Shown here piece after piece: positions 1 through 10,648 of a stretch of 64,000 nt of DNA. Source of the stretch: Alphaproteobacteria bacterium. Its GTDB lineage: Bacteria > Pseudomonadota > Alphaproteobacteria > UBA8366. Within the stretch, counting starts at the first letter, position 1. Every line of letters starts with the position of its first letter. The notes under the pieces are model-generated. The model worked only from the letters and a program-made list of their open reading frames with translations, was not told where the DNA came from and did not search any database. The position numbers were made by a program, and so were the translations under genes. The stretch lies in the NCBI GenBank assembly GCA_965228695.1, contig CBDDIB010000002.1, positions 3,417,089-3,481,088 of the forward strand, in the 5' to 3' direction.

Positions 1-222
1 AAGAAAAAGTAACGTTGTCTAGCGATCCGCGGGAACCGGGGTAGGGCAAATGCCTTGCCCCGGACCGGCGGGTTTGTATTCGCCTCGGACGGGGCACCCG
101 ATGCGACCGGTCGCTAGAAGATGGGACAAAAGCCGGTGGGATGGCGGAAGAACCGGTCTACGACCGCCCGCCATACTTTTTCCGCCGGCGCCATAATCGA
201 ACCGCGATAATTCAGGGAATCG

Positions 223-1050
223 GTGAAGATGGAAGATACAGTAACTGAAACGGTCGACGCGATTATCGAGGTCGTGGCCACATATGGTCTTGATGTCGTC
301 GGTGCGATCGTCATTCTCATCGTTGGGTTGATGTTTGCCGGCTGGGCGCATCGAACGAGCCTGAAGGGCTTCTCCAAGATCGACAAGCTCGACCCGATGC
401 TGCGCAGCTTCTTCGCCAGCATCATAAAATATTTCGTCATCGTCATCGTCGTTCTGGCGGTGCTCAACCAATTCGGCGTCCAGACGACGAGTCTTATCGC
501 CGTTCTCGGTGCGGCGGGCCTGGCCATCGGCCTGGCAATGCAAGGCACGCTCAGCAATGTAGCGGCCGGCGTCATGCTGTTGATCTTCCGACCTTTCAAG
601 GTTGGGGATTTCATCGACGCCGGCGGGCAAACCGGAACAGTGGATGCATTGACCCTGTTCGTTACCGAACTCAATACGCCGGACAATGTCCATATCATCG
701 TGCCGAATAGTCAGATATGGGGGTCTGCGGTGAAGAACTTCAGCTTCAACGCAACCCGGCGGGTCGATTTGGTGGTTGGTATTGGCTATGACGACAATAT
801 CGACGAGGCGATGGAAGCGGTTCACGCCGTGATCAAGGCCGACGACCGGGCGCATGAGAGTCCCGACCCGCTTGTAGCGGTAACCGAACTGGCCGACAGC
901 TCGGTCAATTTGGTGATACGCGTCTGGTGCGATGCCGGAAATTACTGGCCGCTGAAGTTCGATCTCACCAAGGCGATCAAGGAACGGTTGGATGCGGACA
1001 ACATTTCCATACCGTATCCGCAACACGACATTCACATGGTGCAAAGTTAG
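223..1050 (+). CDS. Small-conductance mechanosensitive channel (MscS family)
   Basis: 275-aa ORF. N-terminal TM helices are followed by the MscS pore/beta-domain pattern (GLAMQGTLSNVAAGVMLLIFRPFKVGDFI...GTV...TELNTPDN..IIVPNS). Family recognised from the translation. Confidence 0.9.
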   Translation: MKMEDTVTETVDAIIEVVATYGLDVVGAIVILIVGLMFAGWAHRTSLKGFSKIDKLDPMLRSFFASIIKYFVIVIVVLAVLNQFGVQTTSLIAVLGAAGLAIGLAMQGTLSNVAAGVMLLIFRPFKVGDFIDAGGQTGTVDALTLFVTELNTPDNVHIIVPNSQIWGSAVKNFSFNATRRVDLVVGIGYDDNIDEAMEAVHAVIKADDRAHESPDPLVAVTELADSSVNLVIRVWCDAGNYWPLKFDLTKAIKERLDADNISIPYPQHDIHMVQS

Positions 1051-1091
1051 CCGTATCGCCTTTCGCGGCGTTTTTCCGCGAACAACGACAG

Positions 1092-1127
1092 GCGTCGGAG
1101 GTCATTTTGGGCTTCCGGCGCTTTTTT
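1092..1127 (+). terminator. Rho-independent terminator after the MscS gene
   Basis: 10-bp stem GCGTCGGAGG/CTTCCGGCGC (two G-U pairs) with a 10-nt loop, followed by TTTTTT. It lies about 40 nt after the stop at 1050. Confidence 0.6.
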
Positions 1128-1350
1128 CTATGTATTCCCGATGCTTGATCGCTGGCATTGGCTTTAATCCGTTAACAGTGTGTTAACCCCCACGAGCAAG
1201 AATCCTGGGAACTAGTCACGGCGGATTATCTCGTGATGCCAGTGTGTTAACCATAATTCACAGACTGGCTTCCGTGGCCCTTCATAGGACGAGAGTGCCC
1301 CGTTTCGTTTGGGCGTTCCGTACGTGAGTTTTCGCACGGAGGAAGAGAGA

Positions 1351-1776
1351 ATGAAGGTAAGAACGATTCTGTTCAGCATCGCCACGCTCACCTTGTTGGG
1401 GGCGTGCCAAACGATGTCTGAATACGGCGACAAGATGAAGAGCTGGGTCGCCCTGGAAGGGGACAAGAAATACGTTGTCTACTTCCGGTCCAACTCTACC
1501 GCATTGACCGAATCGTCCGAAGGCACGCTGTATGACGTCATGCAGAAGATCCGTCAGGACAAGGTCGAGAAAGTGCGGGTCGTCGCCTACACCGACAGTA
1601 AGGGAAGCCCGAAATATAACCAGCAACTTTCGATGCGACGGGCCGAGTCGATCAAAAAACGTCTATCGACCAGCGGCGCTGATGCAATCGAGGTCGCCGG
1701 TGCCGGCGAGACGGACGCGACAAGTTCCGTCAGCGGCGAAAAAGCCCGGCGGGCTGAAATTTTTCTCAATAAGTAA
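1351..1776 (+). CDS. OmpA-family (OmpA_C-like) lipoprotein
   Basis: I chose the internal ATG at 1351, behind GGAGGAAGAGAGA. Signal peptide with lipobox LLGAC. C-terminal OmpA-like peptidoglycan-binding pattern (YTDSKGSPKYNQQLSMRRAESIKKRL). Confidence 0.85.
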   Translation: MKVRTILFSIATLTLLGACQTMSEYGDKMKSWVALEGDKKYVVYFRSNSTALTESSEGTLYDVMQKIRQDKVEKVRVVAYTDSKGSPKYNQQLSMRRAESIKKRLSTSGADAIEVAGAGETDATSSVSGEKARRAEIFLNK

Positions 1777-1800
1777 CAGTTAGTTACAAGACGATTTGGC

Positions 1801-1836
1801 GGAGGGACGAGAATTCGTCTCTCCGTCTCTTCTTTT
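1801..1836 (+). terminator. Rho-independent terminator after the OmpA-like gene
   Basis: 10-bp stem GGAGGGACGA/TCGTCTCTCC with loop GAAT, followed by the T-rich tract GTCTCTTCTTTT. Confidence 0.65.
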
Positions 1837-1980
1837 GCCGCAGTCCGCGCTGCGGTCGCGTCCTCGCATTGTTTGTGCGGCGCGTTTCTGCTACATTTCG
1901 GGCGTCGTTTGGGAGGGGTTTAAGAGGCATTCTCTCAAGCAAACCATTCCCTTAACCCACATCGAATCCGATAACCCGAT

Positions 1981-4671
1981 TTGAGCAATCCGCCCACCGG
2001 CGATAAGCCGTTTGACATAAGCCAGGTCACGATTGAGGAGGAGATGAAGCGCTCCTACCTCGATTACGCGATGAGCGTGATCGTGAGCCGGGCGCTTCCG
2101 GACGTGCGCGACGGGTTGAAACCTGTGCATCGGCGCATCCTCTATTCCATGAAGGAAGGGGGATACGATTCCAGCAAGCCTTATCGCAAGTCGGCCCGGA
2201 TCGTGGGCGAGGTCATGGGTAAGTATCACCCCCATGGCGACCAGGCGATCTACGACGCAATGGTGCGGATGGCCCAGGACTTCTCGATGCGGCTGCCGCT
2301 CATAGACGGTCAAGGTAATTTCGGGTCCATGGACGGCGATCCAGCCGCGGCGATGCGCTACACCGAGGCCCGGCTGGCCAAGGCGGCAGAGTCCCTGCTG
2401 GACGATATCGACAAGGAAACGGTCGATTTTCAGCCCAACTACGACGATTCCATCGAGGAACCGGCGGTTCTGCCCGCCCGGTACCCCAACATGCTGGTCA
2501 ACGGAGCCGGCGGCATCGCGGTCGGGATGGCGACGAATATCCCGCCGCACAACCTCGGCGAAGTTATCGATGCCTGCTTGGCCTATATCGAGAATCCGGA
2601 AATCACACCGGACGAATTGATCGAGATCGTCCCTGGGCCGGATTTCCCCACCGGGGCACTGATCCTTGGCCGCAACGGCATTCGGGCGGCCTATCACACG
2701 GGCCGCGGCTCCGTTGTGATGCGCGGCCGGACCCACATCGAATCGGTCAGCAAGGACCGCGAAGCGATCGTCGTCACCGAAATCCCCTATCAGGTGAACA
2801 AGGCGCGGATGCTGGAGCGCATCGCGGAATTGGTGCGCGACAAAACGATCGAAGGCATCTCGGACCTGCGCGACGAGTCGGACCGCGAAGGTCTGCGCGT
2901 CGTGGTCGAACTGCGGCGCGATACCATCGCCGATGTCATCCTGGCCCAGCTCTATCGGTATTCGCCGCTGCAAACGAGCTTCGGCGTCAACATGCTGGCC
3001 CTGAACCAGGGCCGGCCCGAGATGATGCCGCTCAAGGAGATCATCGCGGCTTTCGTCGAGTTCCGCGAAGAGGTCATCACCCGCCGGACCGTCTATGAAC
3101 TGCGCAAGGCGCGCGAGCGGGCTCATGTCCTGGCCGGATTGCTGGTCGCCATCAACAACATCGATCCGGTGATCGAACTGATTCGCGCCGCGCCGGATCC
3201 GGCGACCGCGCGCGAGCAGTTGATGGCCCGCGACTGGCCGGCCACAGATGTCGAGCCGTTCATCAAGATTATCGACGATCCGGGACATGAGGTGGTCGAC
3301 GGCAAGTACCGCCTGTCGGAAACCCAGGCGCGCGCGATCCTTGAACTGCGCCTGCAACGGTTGACCGGCATGGAACGCGAGAAGCTGGCCGAGGAGACCA
3401 ACGAACTCGCAGCACGGATAAACGGTTATCTGGAGATTCTGCAATCCCGCGAGCGCCTCATCGAGGTTATGCGGGAAGAGCTGACGGAGATGCGGGAGGC
3501 CTATGCCAACGATCGCCGCACGACCATCGAGGAAGCAGAGTTCGAGCACGATATCGAAGACCTGATTCAGCGCGAAGACATGGTCGTGACGGTGACCCAT
3601 GCCGGCTATATCAAAAGGGTGCCGCTGTCGACCTATCGGGCTCAACGCCGCGGCGGACGGGGCCGGGCGGGGATGAGCACCCGGGACGGCGATTTCCTCA
3701 GCCGGGTGTTCGTGACATCGACGCACACGTCGGTGCTGTTCTTCTCGACCCGTGGCATCGTGTACGAGATGAAAGTTTACAAATTACCGCTGGGCAGCCC
3801 CACGGCGCGCGGCAAGGCAATGGTGAACCTTCTGCCACTCGAGGAAGGGGAGTCGATCTCCACGGTCATGACCTTGCCAGAGGAGGAAGAGGAGCAGCAA
3901 GAGAAGTTCGTGATGTTCTCGACCGCTGGCGGCAACGTGCGCCGGAACCGGCTGAGCGATTTCGTGAACATCAAGGCGAACGGCAAGATCGCGATGAAGC
4001 TTGCCGACGGCGATCGTCTGGTGAACGTCCGAATCTGTAGAGAAGATCAAGATGTTGTGCTCGCCAGCCGGAAGGGGATGTGCATCCGGTTTCCCGTTAC
4101 TGACGTTCGCGTCTTTACGGGCCGGACATCAACCGGCGTCCGCGGCATTCGCCTCGACAAAGGCGACGAGGTGATTTCCATGTCGATTCTGTCGCATGCG
4201 GAAATCGATATGAACGTGCGCGATGACTATCTGCGCATTGCCGCCCACAACCGGCGGACTGAAGCAAATGGCGTCGAAAACGGGGATAACCTGCCCGAGA
4301 TGGCCGACGACCAATACAACGAGCTTGCCGAACGGGAACAGTTCATCCTCGCCGTGACCGAAAAGGGCTTCGGCAAACGGACCTCCGCCTACGAATACCG
4401 GGTGACGGGACGGGGCGGCAAAGGCATCGGCAATCTTGACGTTACCGACCGAAACGGGCCGGTCGCCGCGACCTTCCCGATCGATTCAAGCGATCAGATC
4501 ATGCTTGTGACCGATGCGGGGCAATTGATTCGGTGCCCGGTAGACGATATTCGTATCGCCGGACGGAAGACACAGGGTGTCACGTTGTTCCGCGTCGACG
4601 ATGACGAGAAGGTCGTGTCGGTCGCGCGTCTGCGGGAAGTTGGCGACGAAGACGACGAAGACGAGCAATAA
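1981..4671 (+). CDS. gyrA: DNA gyrase subunit A
   Basis: 896-aa ORF with a TTG start. Canonical GyrA N-terminus ([37 protein letters not shown], active-site region AAMRYTE), C-terminal beta-pinwheel repeats and an acidic tail. Confidence 0.98.
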   Translation: MSNPPTGDKPFDISQVTIEEEMKRSYLDYAMSVIVSRALPDVRDGLKPVHRRILYSMKEGGYDSSKPYRKSARIVGEVMGKYHPHGDQAIYDAMVRMAQDFSMRLPLIDGQGNFGSMDGDPAAAMRYTEARLAKAAESLLDDIDKETVDFQPNYDDSIEEPAVLPARYPNMLVNGAGGIAVGMATNIPPHNLGEVIDACLAYIENPEITPDELIEIVPGPDFPTGALILGRNGIRAAYHTGRGSVVMRGRTHIESVSKDREAIVVTEIPYQVNKARMLERIAELVRDKTIEGISDLRDESDREGLRVVVELRRDTIADVILAQLYRYSPLQTSFGVNMLALNQGRPEMMPLKEIIAAFVEFREEVITRRTVYELRKARERAHVLAGLLVAINNIDPVIELIRAAPDPATAREQLMARDWPATDVEPFIKIIDDPGHEVVDGKYRLSETQARAILELRLQRLTGMEREKLAEETNELAARINGYLEILQSRERLIEVMREELTEMREAYANDRRTTIEEAEFEHDIEDLIQREDMVVTVTHAGYIKRVPLSTYRAQRRGGRGRAGMSTRDGDFLSRVFVTSTHTSVLFFSTRGIVYEMKVYKLPLGSPTARGKAMVNLLPLEEGESISTVMTLPEEEEEQQEKFVMFSTAGGNVRRNRLSDFVNIKANGKIAMKLADGDRLVNVRICREDQDVVLASRKGMCIRFPVTDVRVFTGRTSTGVRGIRLDKGDEVISMSILSHAEIDMNVRDDYLRIAAHNRRTEANGVENGDNLPEMADDQYNELAEREQFILAVTEKGFGKRTSAYEYRVTGRGGKGIGNLDVTDRNGPVAATFPIDSSDQIMLVTDAGQLIRCPVDDIRIAGRKTQGVTLFRVDDDEKVVSVARLREVGDEDDEDEQ

Positions 4672-4700
4672 GGGACCTCGGAGAAAAGGAATAACCAAGA

Positions 4701-5207
4701 ATGTCTGAGGATCGTGTTGGCCTATATCCCGGAACGTTCGATCCCATCACGAATGGGCATCTCGACATCATCACGCGGGCGGCGAACCATCTGGTGGATA
4801 CGCTGATCGTGGCGGTTGCCCGCAATATCGGTAAAGGGCCGCTGTTCAGCGTCGACGAGCGCGTCCAGATGGTAAAAGACGAGGTCACCGCGAACGGCGA
4901 CCGGCTTCGGGCCGATATCATCGTGAAGTCGTTCGACAACCTTCTCGTGGATTTTGCGCGCGAGAACGGCGCCGGGATGATCGTCCGGGGCCTGCGCGCC
5001 GTTTCGGATTTCGAGTATGAGTTCCAAATGGCCTCGATGAACCGGTGCCTGGACGACGGCATCGAGACCACCTTCCTGATGGCGTCGGATCGCAACCACT
5101 TCATCTCGTCGCGGTTCGTTAAGGAAATCGCCATGCTGGGCGGAGACATCAAACCCTTCGTGCCCTCAAGAATCGCGGAAATCGTCGATACGAAATTCGC
5201 CCGCTGA
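4701..5207 (+). CDS. coaD: Phosphopantetheine adenylyltransferase
   Basis: 168 aa. Contains the motif YPGTFDPITNGHLDII and conserved CoaD core. The gyrA-coaD adjacency is typical of alphaproteobacteria. Confidence 0.97.
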   Translation: MSEDRVGLYPGTFDPITNGHLDIITRAANHLVDTLIVAVARNIGKGPLFSVDERVQMVKDEVTANGDRLRADIIVKSFDNLLVDFARENGAGMIVRGLRAVSDFEYEFQMASMNRCLDDGIETTFLMASDRNHFISSRFVKEIAMLGGDIKPFVPSRIAEIVDTKFAR

Positions 5208-5288
5208 CAAGATTTGGTTAAGCATTTCTTCGTTTAATACCCGCTGGGGCCGGCGTTTCCGCTGGTCATTGAACGTGACTCAGCGGGC

Positions 5289-6056
5289 ATGCGCAGAAAT
5301 CGGCGAGTTTTCCTCCTTTTCCTGACGAGTCTCTTGACCGTATCGGGTCCCTCGGGAGCCGAAAATTCCGTTGAACCCACGGTTTCGTCGCGGCTTGCCC
5401 CAAGCTTTATCGAATTCTTCGACACGTTGGCGCTGACGGCGGATTTCGGGCCGTTCAACCGTCGTCCGGCATGGGTTCGCAAATGGAATGGCCCGGTCAC
5501 CGTCACCCTGTCGGCCCCGGCAGAGAAGCTGCGCGATGACATCGAGCGGCTGACCCGCCGGGTCTCGCAATGGACCGGCCTGTCATTTACCGTCGCGGCG
5601 CCGGGCAGCCGGCCGGTCGTCGACGGCAGCAATGTCATCAATGTCCGGCTCATTCCGCAGTCCGATACCGGCGCGACGTTTTCCTCCGGCGACATTGTCT
5701 GCCAAACCGAGACGCATGGCATGGGCGGGGCGCTCCACACCGGATACATGGTTATCAGCGAGCGTTATGTGGATTGCCTGAAGCACGAGTTCATGCATGT
5801 GCTGGGGTTCGATTCACATTGGCGGCCGGCGGGACGGACCAATATCCGATCCGTGTTGGCGCTTCGAGATACCGAAAAGCGAACGGCCGATTTCTCGAGC
5901 TGGGACATCCTGGCAATCCAACTGCTGTACAACCAACGCATCCATGCCGGTATGCCGCGCGGCCGCAGCCTGGTGATCGCCAACGAGGTGATCCGTCGCG
6001 GCCCGCAGCGGGCAGCCTTGCCGGCGACGGACGGTTTTCGTCAGACAAATTGGTAG
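5289..6056 (+). CDS. Exported hypothetical protein with an HExxH zinc-metallopeptidase-like motif
   Basis: 255 aa with an N-terminal signal peptide (RRVFLLFLTSLLTVSGPSGA) and an HEFMHVLGF motif. It possibly belongs to a DUF2927-like family, but I am not sure of that. Confidence 0.6.
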   Translation: MRRNRRVFLLFLTSLLTVSGPSGAENSVEPTVSSRLAPSFIEFFDTLALTADFGPFNRRPAWVRKWNGPVTVTLSAPAEKLRDDIERLTRRVSQWTGLSFTVAAPGSRPVVDGSNVINVRLIPQSDTGATFSSGDIVCQTETHGMGGALHTGYMVISERYVDCLKHEFMHVLGFDSHWRPAGRTNIRSVLALRDTEKRTADFSSWDILAIQLLYNQRIHAGMPRGRSLVIANEVIRRGPQRAALPATDGFRQTNW

Positions 6057-6291
6057 CGATATCTCGGCGCGTCGACGCGGCATAAATGGCTGGCGTCGGT
6101 GGCACGATATCCGTATACCTCGTGCCGCTTCGGGGCGGTCGCCATACCGGCCCAAGAGAGAAATTCGCGGCGCTGCGACCTTCGGCGCAGGCAAAAAAGA
6201 ACCCTTGAAAACCGTATTTGCGACGAAACGCACGTGACCGGTTGGGAAACTGACCAGAATTGCGCGTCCGATAGGTGAGAATGTTGGAGAA

Positions 6292-8475
6292 TTGTTCATG
6301 ACTGATCGAGTTCAAACCGGCGGCTTGGCCGTCGCCAAGGTGTTGTATGATTTCGTCAACGACGAAGCGCTGCCGGGAACCGGCGTGGACGCGGCCGAAT
6401 TCTGGTCTGATCTCGACGCGATCGTGCACGATCTGTCGCCGAAAAACCGGGCGCTGTTGGCGCGGCGCGACGAATTGCAGGCCCAAATCGACGCATGGCA
6501 TCGCGAGCGTAAGGCACAGCCGTTCGATTTGGCGTCCTATCGGTCATTTCTGGAAGAAATCGGGTATCTCCAACCGGAAGGGGACGGGTTTTCGGTTGGC
6601 ACCGACAACGTGGATCCCGAAATCAAGTCGATTGCGGGGCCGCAGCTCGTCGTTCCGCTGACCAACGCCCGCTATGCTCTGAACGCCGCCAATGCGCGCT
6701 GGGGAAGCCTGTACGACGCTCTATACGGCACCGATGCTATTTCCGACGAGGATGGCGCGGCCATCGGCGACGCCTACAACCCGGCGCGAGGCCGGAAGGT
6801 GATCGCCTGGGCTCGCGATTTTCTGGATGATGCCGTTCCGCTCGCGTCCGGGTCCCACCGGGATTCGACGGGCTATGCCGTCGTGGACGGGTCGCTTTCT
6901 GCGACCCTGTCGTCCGGCGCGACCGTCGGCCTGAAAGACCCGGATAAGTTCGTGGGGTATCAGGGCGACGCGGCTGCGCCCACCACCCTGCTGTTCGTGA
7001 ACCACGGCATGCATATCGAACTCCGCATCGATACCAACCACCCAATCGGCATGGACGACCCGGCGGGGGTCAGCGATGTGGTGCTGGAAGCCGCGGTGAC
7101 GACGATCGTCGATTGCGAGGATTCGGTCGCGACGGTCGACGCCGAGGATAAGGTCGAAGCCTACCGCAATTGGCTGGGGCTGATGAACGGGACCCTGACG
7201 GCGCGCTTTGCGAAGGGGGGCGGGCAGGTCGACCGTAGCTTGAACCCCGACCGGACCTATACCGCACCGGACGGCGGGTCGGTCACGCTGCCGGGGCGGA
7301 GCCTTCTGCTGATCCGGAATGTCGGCCACTTGATGACGATCGATGCAATTCTCGACAAAGACGGCAATCCGGTGCCCGAGGGCATTTTGGACGGGATGAT
7401 CACGTCGATGATCGCGATGCACGACCTGCAAGGACATGGCGATTTCCGCAACAGCCGGGCCGGGTCGGTCTATATCGTCAAACCCAAGATGCACGGCCCG
7501 GACGAGGTCGCCTTTGCCAGCGAGCTCTTCGGCCGGATCGAATCGGCGCTCGGCCTCGATTCCGCCACGCTCAAGATGGGAATCATGGACGAGGAACGCC
7601 GCACGACGGTCAATCTCAAGGAATGCATTCGCGCTGCCAGCGACCGCGTCGTGTTCATCAACACCGGGTTCCTCGACCGCACCGGCGACGAGATGCATAC
7701 CGCCATGGAGGCGGGGCCGATGATCCGCAAGGGCGACATGAAAGCGGCCGCCTGGATCCAGGCCTACGAGGATTGGAATGTCGATATCGGGCTCGAATGC
7801 GGCCTGCAAGGGCACGCCCAGATCGGCAAGGGCATGTGGGCCATGCCGGATATGATGGCGGATATGCTGGAGGCCAAGATCGGCCATCCGCAGGCGGGCG
7901 CGAACACCGCCTGGGTGCCGTCGCCGACCGCGGCCACGCTGCATGCCACGCATTATCATCAGGTCGATGTGGCGGCGCGCCAATCGGAGCTGAAGTCCCG
8001 GGATCGGGCGAATCTGGACGATATCCTGACGATTCCGCTGGCCGATCGGCCGAATTGGTCTCCGGATGACGTTCAGCAGGAGTTGGACAACAACGCGCAG
8101 GGCATTCTCGGCTACGTGGTCCGCTGGATCGATCAGGGTGTAGGGTGTTCGAAAGTTCCGGATATCAACGATGTCGGGCTCATGGAAGACCGCGCGACCC
8201 TGCGTATCTCCAGTCAGCATATCGCCAACTGGCTTTACCACGGCATCTGTACCGAGGAGCAAGTGGTCGAAACGATGCAGCGGATGGCCGCCGTCGTCGA
8301 CCGTCAGAACGCGGACGATCCGGCCTATCGGCCGATGGCGCCGAATTTCGATGACAGCATCGCTTTTCAGGCGGCCTGCGACTTGGTTTTCAAGGGGCGG
8401 GAACAACCGAGCGGATATACCGAGCCTATTCTCCACGCGCGCCGGATCGAGCTGAAAAAGCAGCGCGCGGGCTGA
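6292..8475 (+). CDS. glcB: Malate synthase G
   Basis: 727 aa. Full-length match by eye to the MSG family (N-terminus [22 protein letters not shown]). RBS TGGAGA lies 6 nt upstream. Confidence 0.97.
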   Translation: MFMTDRVQTGGLAVAKVLYDFVNDEALPGTGVDAAEFWSDLDAIVHDLSPKNRALLARRDELQAQIDAWHRERKAQPFDLASYRSFLEEIGYLQPEGDGFSVGTDNVDPEIKSIAGPQLVVPLTNARYALNAANARWGSLYDALYGTDAISDEDGAAIGDAYNPARGRKVIAWARDFLDDAVPLASGSHRDSTGYAVVDGSLSATLSSGATVGLKDPDKFVGYQGDAAAPTTLLFVNHGMHIELRIDTNHPIGMDDPAGVSDVVLEAAVTTIVDCEDSVATVDAEDKVEAYRNWLGLMNGTLTARFAKGGGQVDRSLNPDRTYTAPDGGSVTLPGRSLLLIRNVGHLMTIDAILDKDGNPVPEGILDGMITSMIAMHDLQGHGDFRNSRAGSVYIVKPKMHGPDEVAFASELFGRIESALGLDSATLKMGIMDEERRTTVNLKECIRAASDRVVFINTGFLDRTGDEMHTAMEAGPMIRKGDMKAAAWIQAYEDWNVDIGLECGLQGHAQIGKGMWAMPDMMADMLEAKIGHPQAGANTAWVPSPTAATLHATHYHQVDVAARQSELKSRDRANLDDILTIPLADRPNWSPDDVQQELDNNAQGILGYVVRWIDQGVGCSKVPDINDVGLMEDRATLRISSQHIANWLYHGICTEEQVVETMQRMAAVVDRQNADDPAYRPMAPNFDDSIAFQAACDLVFKGREQPSGYTEPILHARRIELKKQRAG

Positions 8476-8488
8476 AGGCGGCGGGCCG

Positions 8489-9058
8489 TCAGTCGGCCGC
8501 GTCTTTGTCGTCAAGCAGGCCGGTCGGCAATCCGTCGATGCTGCGGGTGTTTTTCTCCGATCGATAGGCGACGAGGCCGTCTTCGCCCTTGGCTTCGGCC
8601 CAGCGCGCCATGGTGTCGCGCTCGCCCGTATAGTCGAACAGCGGGACCCCGAATCCGCAGGATGTCTGCACCAGGTCGACATCCAGCTGGACGATCTGGC
8701 GGGCGCCCAGCGGCGCTTCGCCATCGTAGGCGTCCGCGAGTAATTTCTCATAATCGGCACTGCCGGCCGGCAGCGTATGACCTCTGCCGTAGAGGCGAAG
8801 GATAAGCGGCGGTCCCTCGACGGCGCAGAGCATGATGGTCATGCGGCCGTCCGCCCGCAAATGGGCTGCTGTTTCGTTTCCACTGCCGGTCAGGTCCAGA
8901 TAGGTCACGGTGTGGGGGTCCGGCACGCGTAGGGCATCCGTGCTGCGGGGCGAGATGTTGACGCGCGACGCATCCGTCGCCGTCGCGGTGAAAAAAATAT
9001 GCTGACGCGCGATGAAGTCGCGGTGCTTCGGTTCGATCTTCGGGAATTGCTGGGCCAT
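8489..9058 (-). CDS. Pyridoxamine 5'-phosphate oxidase family protein
   Basis: 189 aa with the PNPOx-like split-barrel pattern (HRDFIARQHIFFTATA...NISPR...LDLTGSGNET). Confidence 0.8.
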   Translation of the reverse strand: MAQQFPKIEPKHRDFIARQHIFFTATATDASRVNISPRSTDALRVPDPHTVTYLDLTGSGNETAAHLRADGRMTIMLCAVEGPPLILRLYGRGHTLPAGSADYEKLLADAYDGEAPLGARQIVQLDVDLVQTSCGFGVPLFDYTGERDTMARWAEAKGEDGLVAYRSEKNTRSIDGLPTGLLDDKDAAD

Positions 9059-9158
9059 TGCGCTCCTCCTTGTCCTGCAGGGCCGAGGACGGCGCCGGAC
9101 GAAGCACTATACCTAGGGCGATCGCCTCGTCCCAGTAATCTTGGCGGGAACTCCGCGG

Positions 9159-10442
9159 TTAGGCGATTTGCAGCATACCGACGACCGTACCCGTCATGCA
9201 GGTGGCGATCGTGCCCGCGATCAAGGACTTGAAGCCCAATTTAATGATTTCGCGACGCCGCTCCGATGCCATGGTCGTCAGGCCGGCCAGCATGATACCG
9301 AGACCCGCGAAATTGGCGAAACCGCACAGAGCATAGGTCATCATCAGTCGGGTCCGGTCGCTCAATGCCTCTTCGGGCAGGGCGGCGAGCTTCGTATAGG
9401 CGATCAATTCGTTGAGGATCAGTTTGGTGCCGAGCAATTCGCCGGCAATCTGCGCCTGTGACCAATCGTAGATGCCCATCAGCCAAGCCACAGGTGCGAA
9501 GAACCAACCGAAGAGGCGCGACAAGGTAATCGGCTCGTCATCTACGTAGGGCAGAAAATCCAAGAGGTGATCCGACAGGGCGACGAAGGTTACCGCGACG
9601 ATCAACATCGCAATGATGTTGATCGCCAATTTGGCGCCATCGATCGTACCTTCGGTGAGCGCCTCGAGCGTGTCGTGCGGGCCGTCGTCGGAATCGATGG
9701 TGCGCAGGGGAACATCCGCGCCGGTCGGCGGCGCGGTGTCCGGGACCATGATTCTGGAAATCATCAATGCGGCGGGAAGCGTGATGATCGATGCCGCCAG
9801 GAGTTGAACGATCGCATTCGGTATGACCGGTTCCAGGATCGTCGCGAAGAGGACCATGACCGTCCCGGCGATCGTAGCCATGCCGCAGGTCATGACCGCG
9901 AAGAGTTCGCCGCGGCTGAGCCGGTTCAGATACGGACGGATGAGCAGCGGCGCCTCGACCATGCCGAGAAAGACGTTGGCGCCCGCCGCCACACCAAGGG
10001 GACCGCCGACGCCGAGGGTTTTCTGCAAGATCCAAGCAAGGCCGCGCACGATGATTGGCAGAATCCGCCAATGAAAGAGCACTGCGGACAAGGCGCTCAT
10101 GACGATCACCAGCGGCAGCGCTTGAAAGGCGAAGACGTAGGTCGCGCCCATTTTCGTCGGCTTGAAGGGGAGGTCACCGCCGCCGAGGAAGCCGAAGACG
10201 AACGTCGTTCCCGCCGTGGTCGCCGACTGCAGCGCCCGAACCGCATTGCTCAGCAGGATGAAGATTTCGGTGAATTCGAAGAGCTTCAGCAACAGGACGG
10301 CGATGATGATTTGAAAAGCGAGGCCGCAAATGATCGTCTTGGCTTGCGTTCGCCCTGCGACTTGCAAGCGATTCTCGCTTAGCAACCACGCAATGGCGAC
10401 GAAGCCGAAGAGTCCGAATAATCCCTTGAGGATGAATTCCAT
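9159..10442 (-). CDS. NupC/NupG-family concentrative nucleoside transporter
   Basis: Polytopic membrane protein with a CNT-family pattern throughout. I chose the internal ATG (MEFILKG...) at 10442. The track ORF extends to 10502. Confidence 0.85.
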   Translation of the reverse strand: MEFILKGLFGLFGFVAIAWLLSENRLQVAGRTQAKTIICGLAFQIIIAVLLLKLFEFTEIFILLSNAVRALQSATTAGTTFVFGFLGGGDLPFKPTKMGATYVFAFQALPLVIVMSALSAVLFHWRILPIIVRGLAWILQKTLGVGGPLGVAAGANVFLGMVEAPLLIRPYLNRLSRGELFAVMTCGMATIAGTVMVLFATILEPVIPNAIVQLLAASIITLPAALMISRIMVPDTAPPTGADVPLRTIDSDDGPHDTLEALTEGTIDGAKLAINIIAMLIVAVTFVALSDHLLDFLPYVDDEPITLSRLFGWFFAPVAWLMGIYDWSQAQIAGELLGTKLILNELIAYTKLAALPEEALSDRTRLMMTYALCGFANFAGLGIMLAGLTTMASERRREIIKLGFKSLIAGTIATCMTGTVVGMLQIA

Positions 10443-10648
10443 GCGTGTCCCACCCTGCCCGAAGGCCGGGAATGCGTACCGGACACCAGGGATACACCGC
10501 AATTTATTTAACTATCGTTAAATACCATTAAGTCAATTATCAATGTATTTTCAAAATGTTATAGCGTGATATCGAGCCGATCTATCCCGTCACCGACCGG
10601 CCCGGTCGCGGGATCATCCGTTCGTGCCCATTCGACGGGGATTGCGGC

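Noticed and set aside
18-150. Possible guanidine-I (ykkC) riboswitch, because of CUAGCGAUCCG... and GGGACAAAAGCCGG... strings upstream of the MscS gene.
   Set aside because: The similarity is only partial. The conserved GGUCCGAGAG and ACGR/GGGA arrangement is not reproduced, the helices differ, and an MscS gene is not a typical ykkC-regulated gene. I kept it only as an unclassified structured leader.
1891-3726. 611-aa minus-strand ORF antisense to gyrA. Similar long antisense ORFs include 6721-8760 opposite glcB, 36881-37939 opposite the ABC permease, 10652-11674, 45530-46558, 39888-40946 and 52506-53495.
   Set aside because: Their translations are Arg/Ala/Gly/Pro-rich and low in complexity, and each lies entirely inside a confidently identified gene on the other strand. 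Long antisense ORFs of this kind are a typical artefact of high-GC DNA.
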